Source of the DNA: a bacterium
GTDB taxonomy: Bacteria; Patescibacteriota; Minisyncoccia; Phycocordibacterales; UBA9973
Direction: 5' to 3'
DNA: 40,650 nucleotides
NCBI GenBank assembly: GCA_037140115.1
Contig: JBAXFB010000001.1
Location: forward strand, 1 to 40,650
Shown: positions 34,450 to 40,650 of the stretch, one piece after another
Layout of the letters: the number at the start of each line of letters is the position of its first letter
Numbering within the stretch: position 1 is the stretch's first letter
The notes under the pieces: generated by a model
What the model was told of the DNA's origin: nothing
The model's input: only the letters and a program-made list of their open reading frames with translations
Databases searched by the model: none
Translations under genes and position numbers: made by a program

Positions 34450-34503
34450 ACGCCCGCCCACCGCTTTAGCGGGGCGGGCGTGGGACGAGCGAAGCGAAGT
34501 CCC
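34450..34503 (+). promoter_or_regulatory. Two strong GC hairpins upstream of the Rep gene (candidate double-strand origin/nick-site region)
   Basis: ACGCCCGCC(ca)CCGC-ttta-GCGGGGCGGGCGT (13 bp, nearly all G:C) and GGGAC-gagcgaagcgaa-GTCCC with a tandem GCGAA in the loop. Lies 50 nt upstream of ATG 34553. Confidence 0.4.
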
Positions 34504-34552
34504 GACTTGCTTTCTCACTAACTTAATAAGATAAGAGAAAAATATTATTTTT

Positions 34553-35323
34553 ATGGGTTACAGCAAAACTATTATTAGTGGAAATAATTTAGAAAGAACT
34601 GACTATGAAAAAGACGTCATCAGTTTGGGAAGAAGCACAGGAAACAGGAAGACTACTCCTGCAACTGAGAATATGGGAACTAGCGGAAAAGATACACTTT
34701 CGGAAAGGGACAGTGCCACAACATTGGGGAAGCGACGAGACAACGCACAACGCTCTAGTGTGGCTTTCCGAAGGATCGTTGCATCTAACCTCGGAGGACT
34801 TACACGCCCTCTACTGGTTACTCTTACCTACCGAGATAATTTCACAGACCTTAAAGGAAGCTATAAGCATTTCTCATCTTTTATCCAATCTCTACGCTAT
34901 AAATTCGGAAAAGATTTTAAATACATCAGTGTCCCAGAATTTCAAAAGCGTGGAGCAGTTCATTTTCACGCTCTCTTCTGGGGGTTACCCGAGGGAATAT
35001 TTTTACAAGAACGGAAAACTAGAACACTTGCCGAACTTTGGGCAAGGGGTTTTGTTTATTTAAAAGAAACTGACGGCAATGAAAAATTATCTTTTTATTT
35101 ATCAAAATATATGGCAAAAGCATTCATAGACCCAAGACTAAAAAATCAGAAATGCTATGTTGCTTCTCGTAACATTCAAAGACCAACAGTTATTGTCGGT
35201 GCTTCTCCTCTTTGGGTTATTCTTGAGGATTATGGAATTACTGACGAGCCATTAATTGATAGAGAATATCCGACAAAATATTTAGGCAAAGGTCGGTATA
35301 GGTTATTTAAAATTCCAAAATGA
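34553..35323 (+). CDS. HUH-superfamily rolling-circle replication initiator (two-tyrosine type, phiX174 gpA / Microviridae VP4-like motifs)
   Basis: Motif 1 LVTLTY, motif 2 (HUH) GAVHFHALFWG, motif 3 YLSKYMAK (Y-x-x-K-Y-x-x-K, two catalytic Tyr spaced as in phiX174 gpA YVAKYVNK). Confidence 0.75.
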   Translation: MGYSKTIISGNNLERTDYEKDVISLGRSTGNRKTTPATENMGTSGKDTLSERDSATTLGKRRDNAQRSSVAFRRIVASNLGGLTRPLLVTLTYRDNFTDLKGSYKHFSSFIQSLRYKFGKDFKYISVPEFQKRGAVHFHALFWGLPEGIFLQERKTRTLAELWARGFVYLKETDGNEKLSFYLSKYMAKAFIDPRLKNQKCYVASRNIQRPTVIVGASPLWVILEDYGITDEPLIDREYPTKYLGKGRYRLFKIPK

Positions 35324-35505
35324 TCAGCCTTGAAGACCTAAAAAGAATAGAGCCTAAACTTCAAGGGAAGTCTGACGAGGAATTAACAAAAATCCGTAAT
35401 TTATTATATGGTTTAGGTCAATTAACTTTGGAAACATATTTAGAAAGAAAAAGTGGTTCCAAATTTCCCGTTGGGGTATATGGACTTAATAATGAGGATA
35501 TGTAA
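35320..35505 (+). CDS. Hypothetical 61-aa protein
   Basis: ATGA overlap with the Rep stop. No motif recognised. Confidence 0.4.
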   Translation: MISLEDLKRIEPKLQGKSDEELTKIRNLLYGLGQLTLETYLERKSGSKFPVGVYGLNNEDM

Positions 35506-35509
35506 AAGT

Positions 35510-37057
35510 ATGGATATGCAAGAAAACAAAAATGCAATAATCTATGTCCGTGTGTCTTCTAGTGAACAAGTAGACGGCACAAGCTTAGAATCTCAAGAAA
35601 GATTTTGCAAAGAATACGCTCAAAAAGAAAACTTAAATATTCTTTCAATTTTCATTGAAAAAGGTGAATCGGCTAAAACTGCTGACCGCACGGAATTTAT
35701 AAAAGCCATTAGTTTTTGCTCCGATAAGAAAAACAAAGTTAGCTATTTTATTGTTGCTAAAATTGATCGTTTTTCTAGGAACCAAACCGACTATGCTATA
35801 GTCAAACAAAAACTACAAAAGTATGGAACGGAAATCAGATCAGTCTCGGAAAAAATTGACGATACGCCATCGGGTAAGTTGATGGAAGTTATGCTCTCTG
35901 GCTTTGCTGAATTTGATAACAACATCAGAACTGAAAGAAGTGTTAATGGTATGAAAGAACGCTTAAAACAGGGCGTATGGGTCTGGCAAGCTCCTCTAGG
36001 CTACTATCGGACTGAAAAGGGTGGAAATATCACTCCTGACCCTAAAACCGCTCCGTTTATAAAAATGGTGTTTGAAGAATATGCTAAGGGAACTTACACT
36101 TTTGAATCTTTAGCTAGGTTCTTAAAAGAAAAAGGTTTTGTTTCTCGCTATGGTAGAACTGTAATTTCCCAGACGATAGAAAAAATAATCAAGAATCCAA
36201 TTTACTGCGGAATAATTAAAGTTTGGGATAATGAAAGCAAAGGAACTTTTAAACCGATTATCAGTGAGAATCTTTTTTACCTTTGCCAAAAAGACGGCAG
36301 AAGGGATAGGGGTAAATTACACTTCGTAAAGAACCCCGATTTTCCACTTAGGAATTTAGCCACTTGCCAATTTTGTGGCGATCCTTTAACTGGTAGTCAT
36401 TCAACAGGGCGTAAAGGCAAACGCTATCCATATTACCACCACCATAAAGTTAATTGTGATTATGCAAAGTCTATTCCTAAAGAAAATTTTGAGCAGATAT
36501 TTGTTGAATATTTGAATGAAATAAATCCTAGTATTGAATATGAAAAAGCTTTCAAAGCTATCGTTATTGATATTTGGAAAAATAACTGTAAGGGTTTTAA
36601 CAATCAGAACGAGGCTCTTAGAAAAGAAATTAAAGAACTGGAAAATAGTAAGCAACATATTTTTGATTTACACCAAAGTGGTGTTTATGACGACACTGAT
36701 TTCACTACTCAGAAAAATATTGTCTGTAAAAAGATTGCTCAAAAAGAAAGTTTAATTCACGACAAAAGAATCCAAGAATTTAATATGGAAGAAGCCTTAG
36801 AATTTTGTTTTGATACAGTTCGCCATAGTGCAAGGTCTTGGGTTGAATACGAGAAAGAACCTGAGAAAAGAATCCGATTCCAAAATTTTATATTTGAGGA
36901 AAATCTGCCTTATGCTGAAAACAAATTTGGAACCGCAAAGTTAACGCCTATTTACAGCGTATATCAACAATACTTAGTGAATCCATCTAACTTGGTGCGT
37001 CCAGCAGGGATCGAACCTGCGACCTTATCCTTAAGAGGGATCTGCTCTACCAGCTGA
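35510..37057 (+). CDS. Large serine recombinase (integrase)
   Basis: AIIYVRVSSSEQ (catalytic Ser), IVAKIDRFSRN, recombinase domain, zinc-ribbon-like CQFCGDPLTGSHS...YYHH, coiled-coil C-terminus. The start is chosen after the stop of the 61-aa ORF (the track start 35453 overlaps it). The last ~21 codons are antisense to tRNA-Lys. Confidence 0.85.
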   Translation: MDMQENKNAIIYVRVSSSEQVDGTSLESQERFCKEYAQKENLNILSIFIEKGESAKTADRTEFIKAISFCSDKKNKVSYFIVAKIDRFSRNQTDYAIVKQKLQKYGTEIRSVSEKIDDTPSGKLMEVMLSGFAEFDNNIRTERSVNGMKERLKQGVWVWQAPLGYYRTEKGGNITPDPKTAPFIKMVFEEYAKGTYTFESLARFLKEKGFVSRYGRTVISQTIEKIIKNPIYCGIIKVWDNESKGTFKPIISENLFYLCQKDGRRDRGKLHFVKNPDFPLRNLATCQFCGDPLTGSHSTGRKGKRYPYYHHHKVNCDYAKSIPKENFEQIFVEYLNEINPSIEYEKAFKAIVIDIWKNNCKGFNNQNEALRKEIKELENSKQHIFDLHQSGVYDDTDFTTQKNIVCKKIAQKESLIHDKRIQEFNMEEALEFCFDTVRHSARSWVEYEKEPEKRIRFQNFIFEENLPYAENKFGTAKLTPIYSVYQQYLVNPSNLVRPAGIEPATLSLRGICSTS

Positions 37058-37068
37058 GCTATGGACGC
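36993..37068 (-). tRNA. tRNA-Lys (anticodon CUU), CCA encoded
   Basis: Reverse complement GCGTCCA-TA-GCTC-AGCTGGTA-GAGC-A-GATCC-CTCTTAA-GGATA-AGGTC-GCAGG-TTCGATC-CCTGC-TGGACGC-A-CCA. Confidence 0.93.
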
Positions 37069-37083
37069 GTGTATTAAGTTGTG

Positions 37084-37167
37084 TGCCCGAGGTGGGAATC
37101 GAACCCACATGACCTTGCGGTCGGGAAATTTTAAGTCTCCTGCGGCTACCAATTACGCCACTCGGGC
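37084..37167 (-). tRNA. tRNA-Leu (anticodon UAA), type II
   Basis: Reverse complement GCCCGAG...anticodon loop CTTAAAA...variable arm CGACCGCAAGGTCAT...GTGGG-TTCGATT-CCCAC-CTCGGGC-A. Confidence 0.93.
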
Positions 37168-37194
37168 ATTTCTACCCAAAACCATTCTACCATT

Positions 37195-37220
37195 AAAAAA
37201 TCAAAAATGTTTGATTTTTT
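37195..37220. terminator. AT-rich palindromic hairpin between tRNA-Cys and tRNA-Leu
   Basis: AAAAAATCAAA-aatg-TTTGATTTTTT. Confidence 0.35.
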
Positions 37221-37221
37221 G

Positions 37222-37293
37222 AGGCCTGGGGCGGAATCGAACCGCCGTATATTCCTTTTGCAGAGGAATGCCTTACCACTTGGCTACCAGGCC
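37222..37293 (-). tRNA. tRNA-Cys (anticodon GCA)
   Basis: Reverse complement GGCCTGG-TA-GCC-AAGTGGTAA-GGC-A-TTCCT-CTGCAAA-AGGAA-TATAC-GGCGG-TTCGATT-CCGCC-CCAGGCC-T. Confidence 0.93.
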
Positions 37294-37323
37294 GAATACA
37301 TGTAAACACAGTTTTCCATCAAA

Positions 37324-37360
37324 CTCCCCCTTGATAAGGGGGAGAATCAAAGAGGGGGTC
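37324..37360. repeat. GC-rich hairpin element (CTCCCCCTT-gat-AAGGGGGAG ... GAGGGGGTC), same family as the in-frame elements; may double as the rbfA terminator
   Basis: 9-bp G/C-rich stem 26 nt downstream of the rbfA stop. Core architecture (CTCC..CTT-nnn-AAG..GGAG then a G-rich tail) is shared with 38323-38412 and 40250-40308. Confidence 0.55.
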
Positions 37361-37369
37361 TTATACATC

Positions 37370-37702
37370 CTACTTTTTGAAAAGCAATTCGTCAATTTTC
37401 TGTCTGTGCTTTTCACCCAAATCTATCTCGATGTCAATGAAGGGGATGTTTTTTGTGGTCATGTTTTTCTTTAGGAATTCTCGCAGTTCGGGCCTTTTTC
37501 TTTTGGCAAATTCTAACGCAGTCTTTTCTTTGTTGTCTGGCAACACTGTGATATACACTGTCGCACGTTTGAGGTCGGGAGAGCAGTCTGCAGAAGTCAC
37601 AGTGATGAGAGAGGTCTTGTTGTTTTCTCGCCCTAAGAATTGTGCTGTTAATTCCTTTATGTAGTTTGATACTTTTGCTGTTCGCGGATTTTCGTTGGAC
37701 AT
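37370..37702 (-). CDS. rbfA: Ribosome-binding factor A
   Basis: 110 aa immediately downstream of infB (classical infB-rbfA order). ITVTSADCSPDLKRATVYITVL fits the RbfA KH-like core. Confidence 0.8.
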   Translation of the reverse strand: MSNENPRTAKVSNYIKELTAQFLGRENNKTSLITVTSADCSPDLKRATVYITVLPDNKEKTALEFAKRKRPELREFLKKNMTTKNIPFIDIEIDLGEKHRQKIDELLFKK

Positions 37703-37703
37703 A

Positions 37704-39263
37704 TTATTTTTGGGCTATTGAGAATAATTCAATGACGTCGCCTGAAGCAACTTCGATCTTGGATTCGATCATCATGCCGAACTCTAGACCTTCTTCGACT
37801 ATGCTAGTTTTTACCTTACCTTTTTCAAGATTCACTATTTTGCCACGACCTATCTCGAAATCTCGGCGCATGATCTTCACATTGCCGTTAAGAAGCATTT
37901 GACCTTCGATAACTTTACCACCGATAATCTGGCGTTCCTTTGTGCGGCTGAAAGCACGGATGATCTTGGCACGGCCAGTCGTCTCCACTGTCTCGACTCT
38001 TGGTCGTCTTTTCTCCATTTCTTCTTCGAGCCATTCGGTCATTTTATAAATTACATTGAATGAAGAAATCGTGATTCCTTGATTTTCAGCAACTTCGATG
38101 GCACTCTTGTCGGCTTTGACGTTGAATCCGATGACGATGACGCTCTCACTATTCGCGAGATTCTTGATGTCAGACAGAGTGATGGGTCCGACACCTTTGC
38201 TGATAATCTTAAACACGGCACTTTCGCTATTTACACCCTTGCATTTGATTTTAGATATTTCTTTTTCGATAGCTTCGAGTGATCCCGCGACGTCAGCCTT
38301 TATTAGTATTGGGATTATTTTTTTACCACCCCCAGCCCCCTCCTTCACAAGGAGGGGAGTAAATTTATCTCCTCCTGTTTTAGGAGGAGTGCCCAAGGGG
38401 CGAGGTGGTAAATTTTCAGCATATTCCAAGGCCTCTTTTTTATTTTTGAAACTTTTAAAAGGAGCGCCGACTTGTGGCATCTTGTCGAATCCACAAAGTC
38501 GTACAGGAGAAGAAGGGCGGGCGCTATCGATCATGGCTCCTTTGAAGTCTTGAATCATACGAGTCGATACTATCGCATCTTCCACTACCACAGTCATACC
38601 TTTGGTCATTACTCCATTTTTTATGATCAGTGTCGCTTGGATTCCACGTTTTGAATCCAAGTCAGCTTCGATCACAAAGCCTGAAGCGCCTTCTTCTGTA
38701 CTTTCGGTAAAACTTTCCATTTCAGCTAAAATTAGAATTAAAGATAGCAAATTGTCTACGCCAGTTCCGACTTTTGCGGAGATTTCTGCAAAGGGGATTT
38801 TGCCTCCATAATTTTCTAAATAAATTTCTTTTTCTGCTAATTCTTGTTTGGTTTTTTCTACGTTGGCGTTTGGTTTGTCGATTTTGTTGATGGCGACGAT
38901 CACAGGGAGCTTCGCTTCGACGATAGTCTTCCAAGCTTCTATCGTTTGTTGTTTGACGCCATCTTCTGCTGATACGACGAGAATGGCAATGTCTGCTATG
39001 TTTGCTCCTCGCTCACGCATTTTAGAAAAAGCTTCATGTCCAGGAGTGTCTAGGAAAGTGATCTTGCAATCTTTACCTGCATCATCTTTATGTACAACTT
39101 CGTAGGCGGAGATGTTTTGGGTAATGCCTCCAGCTTCATTGTCAGTAATGTTTGTCTTTCTGATGTAGTCGAGCAAGGTAGACTTACCATGGTCAATATG
39201 CCCCATCACTACGACGACGGGTGAACGCGGAACAATATTTTGTTTTTTATTTTTTTCACTCAT
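37704..39263 (-). CDS. infB: Translation initiation factor IF-2 (short form lacking the N-terminal extension)
   Basis: G-domain VVVMGHIDHGKSTLLD, DTPGHEAF, NKID. C1/C2 domains ILIKADVAGSLEAI. Contains a 30-codon GC-rich insert. Confidence 0.95.
   Translation of the reverse strand: MSEKNKKQNIVPRSPVVVVMGHIDHGKSTLLDYIRKTNITDNEAGGITQNISAYEVVHKDDAGKDCKITFLDTPGHEAFSKMRERGANIADIAILVVSAEDGVKQQTIEAWKTIVEAKLPVIVAINKIDKPNANVEKTKQELAEKEIYLENYGGKIPFAEISAKVGTGVDNLLSLILILAEMESFTESTEEGASGFVIEADLDSKRGIQATLIIKNGVMTKGMTVVVEDAIVSTRMIQDFKGAMIDSARPSSPVRLCGFDKMPQVGAPFKSFKNKKEALEYAENLPPRPLGTPPKTGGDKFTPLLVKEGAGGGKKIIPILIKADVAGSLEAIEKEISKIKCKGVNSESAVFKIISKGVGPITLSDIKNLANSESVIVIGFNVKADKSAIEVAENQGITISSFNVIYKMTEWLEEEMEKRRPRVETVETTGRAKIIRAFSRTKERQIIGGKVIEGQMLLNGNVKIMRRDFEIGRGKIVNLEKGKVKTSIVEEGLEFGMMIESKIEVASGDVIELFSIAQK
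38323..38412. repeat. ~90-nt GC-rich palindromic element with 8-9 bp terminal inverted repeats, inserted in frame in infB
   Basis: TTACCACC...GGTGGTAA termini. Inner hairpins CCCCTCCTT-cac-AAGGAGGGG and CTCCTCCT-gtttt-AGGAGGAG. Central AAATTTATC. Encodes LPPRPLGTPPKTGGDKFTPLLVKEGAGGGK on the minus strand. Confidence 0.75.
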
Positions 39264-39722
39264 TTATTTTAATTCAATTTTCTGGAGGACATTCTCTTCT
39301 TCTTCAGAAAGTTCATACTCAGATTTATTCCCTTTGATTGGTTTAGCAAAGACGCTCATGCGTTCTCGTGAATATAAACTTGAAAGCACAACTCCGTCGC
39401 CTTCTTCGTTGAGTAGTCCAATCGCAAAACTTTGATTGCTACCTTGATCAGGGAATGGGTTGAAGCGTATGGTTTCAAGTCCACGAATACTTTTTTTGAC
39501 TTTTGCATTAATGATTGCAATGTCTTTTTGCATTTCATCTCTGGTCTTTCTTAAACTAGAGATGTTGTTTTCCAAGATGCAGATTGTTTCTTCTAAGTCG
39601 TTTGCTTTTTTACCTAGGAAAAATCTTTTGAGACGTCTGTTGGTAACCAATATCCAAATAATCATCGCAAGTAGTACGACGCCAACTAAAACAAAAAAAG
39701 CTATTTCGAGCTTTATATTCAT
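39264..39722 (-). CDS. DUF4446 family membrane-anchored protein
   Basis: N-terminal TM helix, coiled region, and IRFNPFPDQGSNQSFAIGLLNEEGDGVVLSSLYSRERMSVFAKPI...YELSEEE match the DUF4446 pattern as I recall it. Confidence 0.7.
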   Translation of the reverse strand: MNIKLEIAFFVLVGVVLLAMIIWILVTNRRLKRFFLGKKANDLEETICILENNISSLRKTRDEMQKDIAIINAKVKKSIRGLETIRFNPFPDQGSNQSFAIGLLNEEGDGVVLSSLYSRERMSVFAKPIKGNKSEYELSEEEENVLQKIELK

Positions 39723-39746
39723 ACCGTTTCAATATATACTATTTTT

Positions 39747-40650
39747 ATGCCCAAATCAAATGAAAATTCTGGAAAGAAAGGCCGAAAAATATATATGGAT
39801 TATGCATCTAGCGCTATTTCTTCTGTTGCGAACCCTGGAGCCATCCATGAACTTGGCGTCAAAGAGAAAAATAAGCTAGAAGTCGCTCGCAAGACAGTGG
39901 CTACGATATTACACGCTCATGCAAATGAGATAGTCTTCACCTCTGGGGCCACTGAAAGTAATAATTTGGCGATTTTGGGCTTGGTTCGTAATTTTAAAAA
40001 TCCGCACATTGTAACTACAAATATAGAACACGCGTCTGTGCTTGAAGTTTTTAAATATTTAGAAAACACCAAGCAAGCTGAAGTGACATATGTACCTGTC
40101 GAAGCAAGCGGGATTGTTGATGTAAATAAAATTAAAAAAGCATTAAAGCAAAATACTGTGCTGGTGTCAGTGATGTATGCCAATAATGAGATAGGTACCG
40201 TGCAGCCCATCAGGGAAATTGCCAAAGAGATTCGGCATTTTAGAAAGACACACCTCACCCGCCTTCGACACCCTCTCCTTAACAAGGAGAGGGTTGGGGA
40301 GAGGTTCCCTTTTTTTCATACAGACGCAACTCAAGCGGTAAATTATTTACCTATCAAGGTGGAAGTGCTTGGTGTAGACATGATGTCTTTTAATGCAGCG
40401 AAAATCTATGGACCGAAAGGTGTTGGCGTTTTGTATCTGAAAAAAAAAACGTCACTTGTGCCGATCATGTTTGGCGGAAATCAAGAATTTGGTTTACGCC
40501 CAGGTACAGAGAGTGTGGCGTTGGCTATCGGGCTCGCCAAAGCTCTCGAGCAGGTGGAAAAAATAAAAGAGAAAGAAGTGGTGAGATTAACCAAACTTAG
40601 AGATTATTTCATAAATAAAATTACTAAAAACTCTGCGATCGCAGAAAAAT
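39747..40650 (+). CDS. Cysteine desulfurase (NifS/IscS/class V aminotransferase family), partial, runs off the right edge
   Basis: Hand translation: MPKSNENSGKKGRKIYMDYASS...FTSGATESNNLAILG...TTNIEHASV...SVMYANNEIGTVQPI...FFHTDATQA...SFNAAKIYGPKGVGVLY...GGNQEFGLRPGTES. Absent from the ORF track, probably because there is no stop inside the window. An alternative start is ATG 39795. Confidence 0.85.
   Translation, partial: MPKSNENSGKKGRKIYMDYASSAISSVANPGAIHELGVKEKNKLEVARKTVATILHAHANEIVFTSGATESNNLAILGLVRNFKNPHIVTTNIEHASVLEVFKYLENTKQAEVTYVPVEASGIVDVNKIKKALKQNTVLVSVMYANNEIGTVQPIREIAKEIRHFRKTHLTRLRHPLLNKERVGERFPFFHTDATQAVNYLPIKVEVLGVDMMSFNAAKIYGPKGVGVLYLKKKTSLVPIMFGGNQEFGLRPGTESVALAIGLAKALEQVEKIKEKEVVRLTKLRDYFINKITKNSAIAEK
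40250..40308. repeat. ~57-60-nt GC-rich hairpin element in frame in the cysteine desulfurase gene
   Basis: CCCTCTCCTT-aac-AAGGAGAGGG core (40271-40293) flanked by ACCTCACCC / GGGGAGAGGT. Encodes THLTRLRHPLLNKERVGERF just before the conserved FHTDA motif. Confidence 0.7.

Larger units (their letters stand above)
33559..37057 (+). mobile_element. Putative integrated rolling-circle element (wHTH protein, ori-like hairpins, HUH Rep, small ORF, large serine recombinase) abutting tRNA-Lys; left boundary uncertain
   Basis: Co-directional module ending with a serine recombinase whose ORF runs into a tRNA gene. See the individual features. Confidence 0.5.

Noticed and set aside
34436-34481. tRNA 3'-end remnant (…TGCACCA on the minus strand) as the attL of the integrated element
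   Set aside because: Only the generic GCACCA matches tRNA-Lys. There is no T-arm similarity. An ori-like hairpin is the more likely interpretation.
34605-35063. 152-aa alternative-frame ORF inside the Rep gene
   Set aside because: The Rep frame carries all three HUH-superfamily motifs. The alternative frame has none.
36964-37474. ORFs 36964-37152 (minus) and 37268-37474 (plus)
   Set aside because: They are translations of tRNA-Lys/tRNA-Leu, tRNA-Cys and a GC hairpin element respectively. They are not protein genes.
39460-40285. ORFs 39460-39879 (plus) and 39917-40285 (minus)
   Set aside because: The first is antisense to the DUF4446 gene and out of frame with the start of the cysteine desulfurase gene. 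The second is antisense to the cysteine desulfurase gene, whose frame (39747 onward) shows PLP-enzyme motifs.
1-40650. CRISPR arrays or cas genes
   Set aside because: No series of regularly spaced identical repeats was seen. The only short dispersed repeats are the REP-like palindrome (3 copies, irregular spacing) and the GC-rich hairpin elements.
1-40650. Alternative genetic code (UGA read as Gly or Trp, as in some CPR lineages), suggested by the in-frame TGA at 20395
   Set aside because: TGA ends several well-delimited genes at sensible boundaries: 936-938, 13649-13651 (murE, with ATGA overlap to murD), 24639-24641 and 35321-35323. Long conserved genes (secA, gyrA, infB) contain no internal TGA. 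The standard code fits.

Overview
AT-rich, tightly packed bacterial window that looks like a small-genome Patescibacteria/CPR (Parcubacteria-like) organism. It opens with the 3' end of a 16S rRNA that is followed by a terminator and protein genes, not by tRNAs or 23S. The core content is housekeeping: ddl-like ligase, ABC exporter, secA, radC, murE-murD-(murI antisense)-murC, rpsA, gyrA, rbfA-infB and a partial cysteine desulfurase. There is also a bshC-like/bshB/bshA (bacillithiol-type) cluster whose bshA is frameshifted. The standard code applies, since TGA terminates several genes. No Shine-Dalgarno motifs are visible upstream of starts, the 16S tail lacks CCUCC, and many genes have a TATAAT box 6-10 nt before the ATG, which suggests leaderless mRNAs. 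Accessory content: (1) a Phd/YefM-MazF pair. (2) A Y1/RAYT-like transposase with three copies of a 25-nt REP-like palindrome and an in-frame TGA. (3) A tandem array of five small VirB2/TrbC-like two-TM 'pilin' paralogs. (4) An island at about 28.7-37.3 kb bounded by tRNA genes. It holds an ABC/AAA15-type ATPase plus a PIN-like partner (candidate novel defence pair). It also holds a membrane-anchored DUF2726 nuclease-like gene coupled to two paralogous ~50-aa ORFs missing from the ORF track, a GC-rich structured intergenic region, and an integrated rolling-circle element. That element has a wHTH protein, an ori-like hairpin, a two-tyrosine HUH Rep and a large serine recombinase whose ORF runs into tRNA-Lys. 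(5) A family of GC-rich multi-hairpin elements that occur intergenically and also in frame inside infB and the cysteine desulfurase gene. No CRISPR array was seen.
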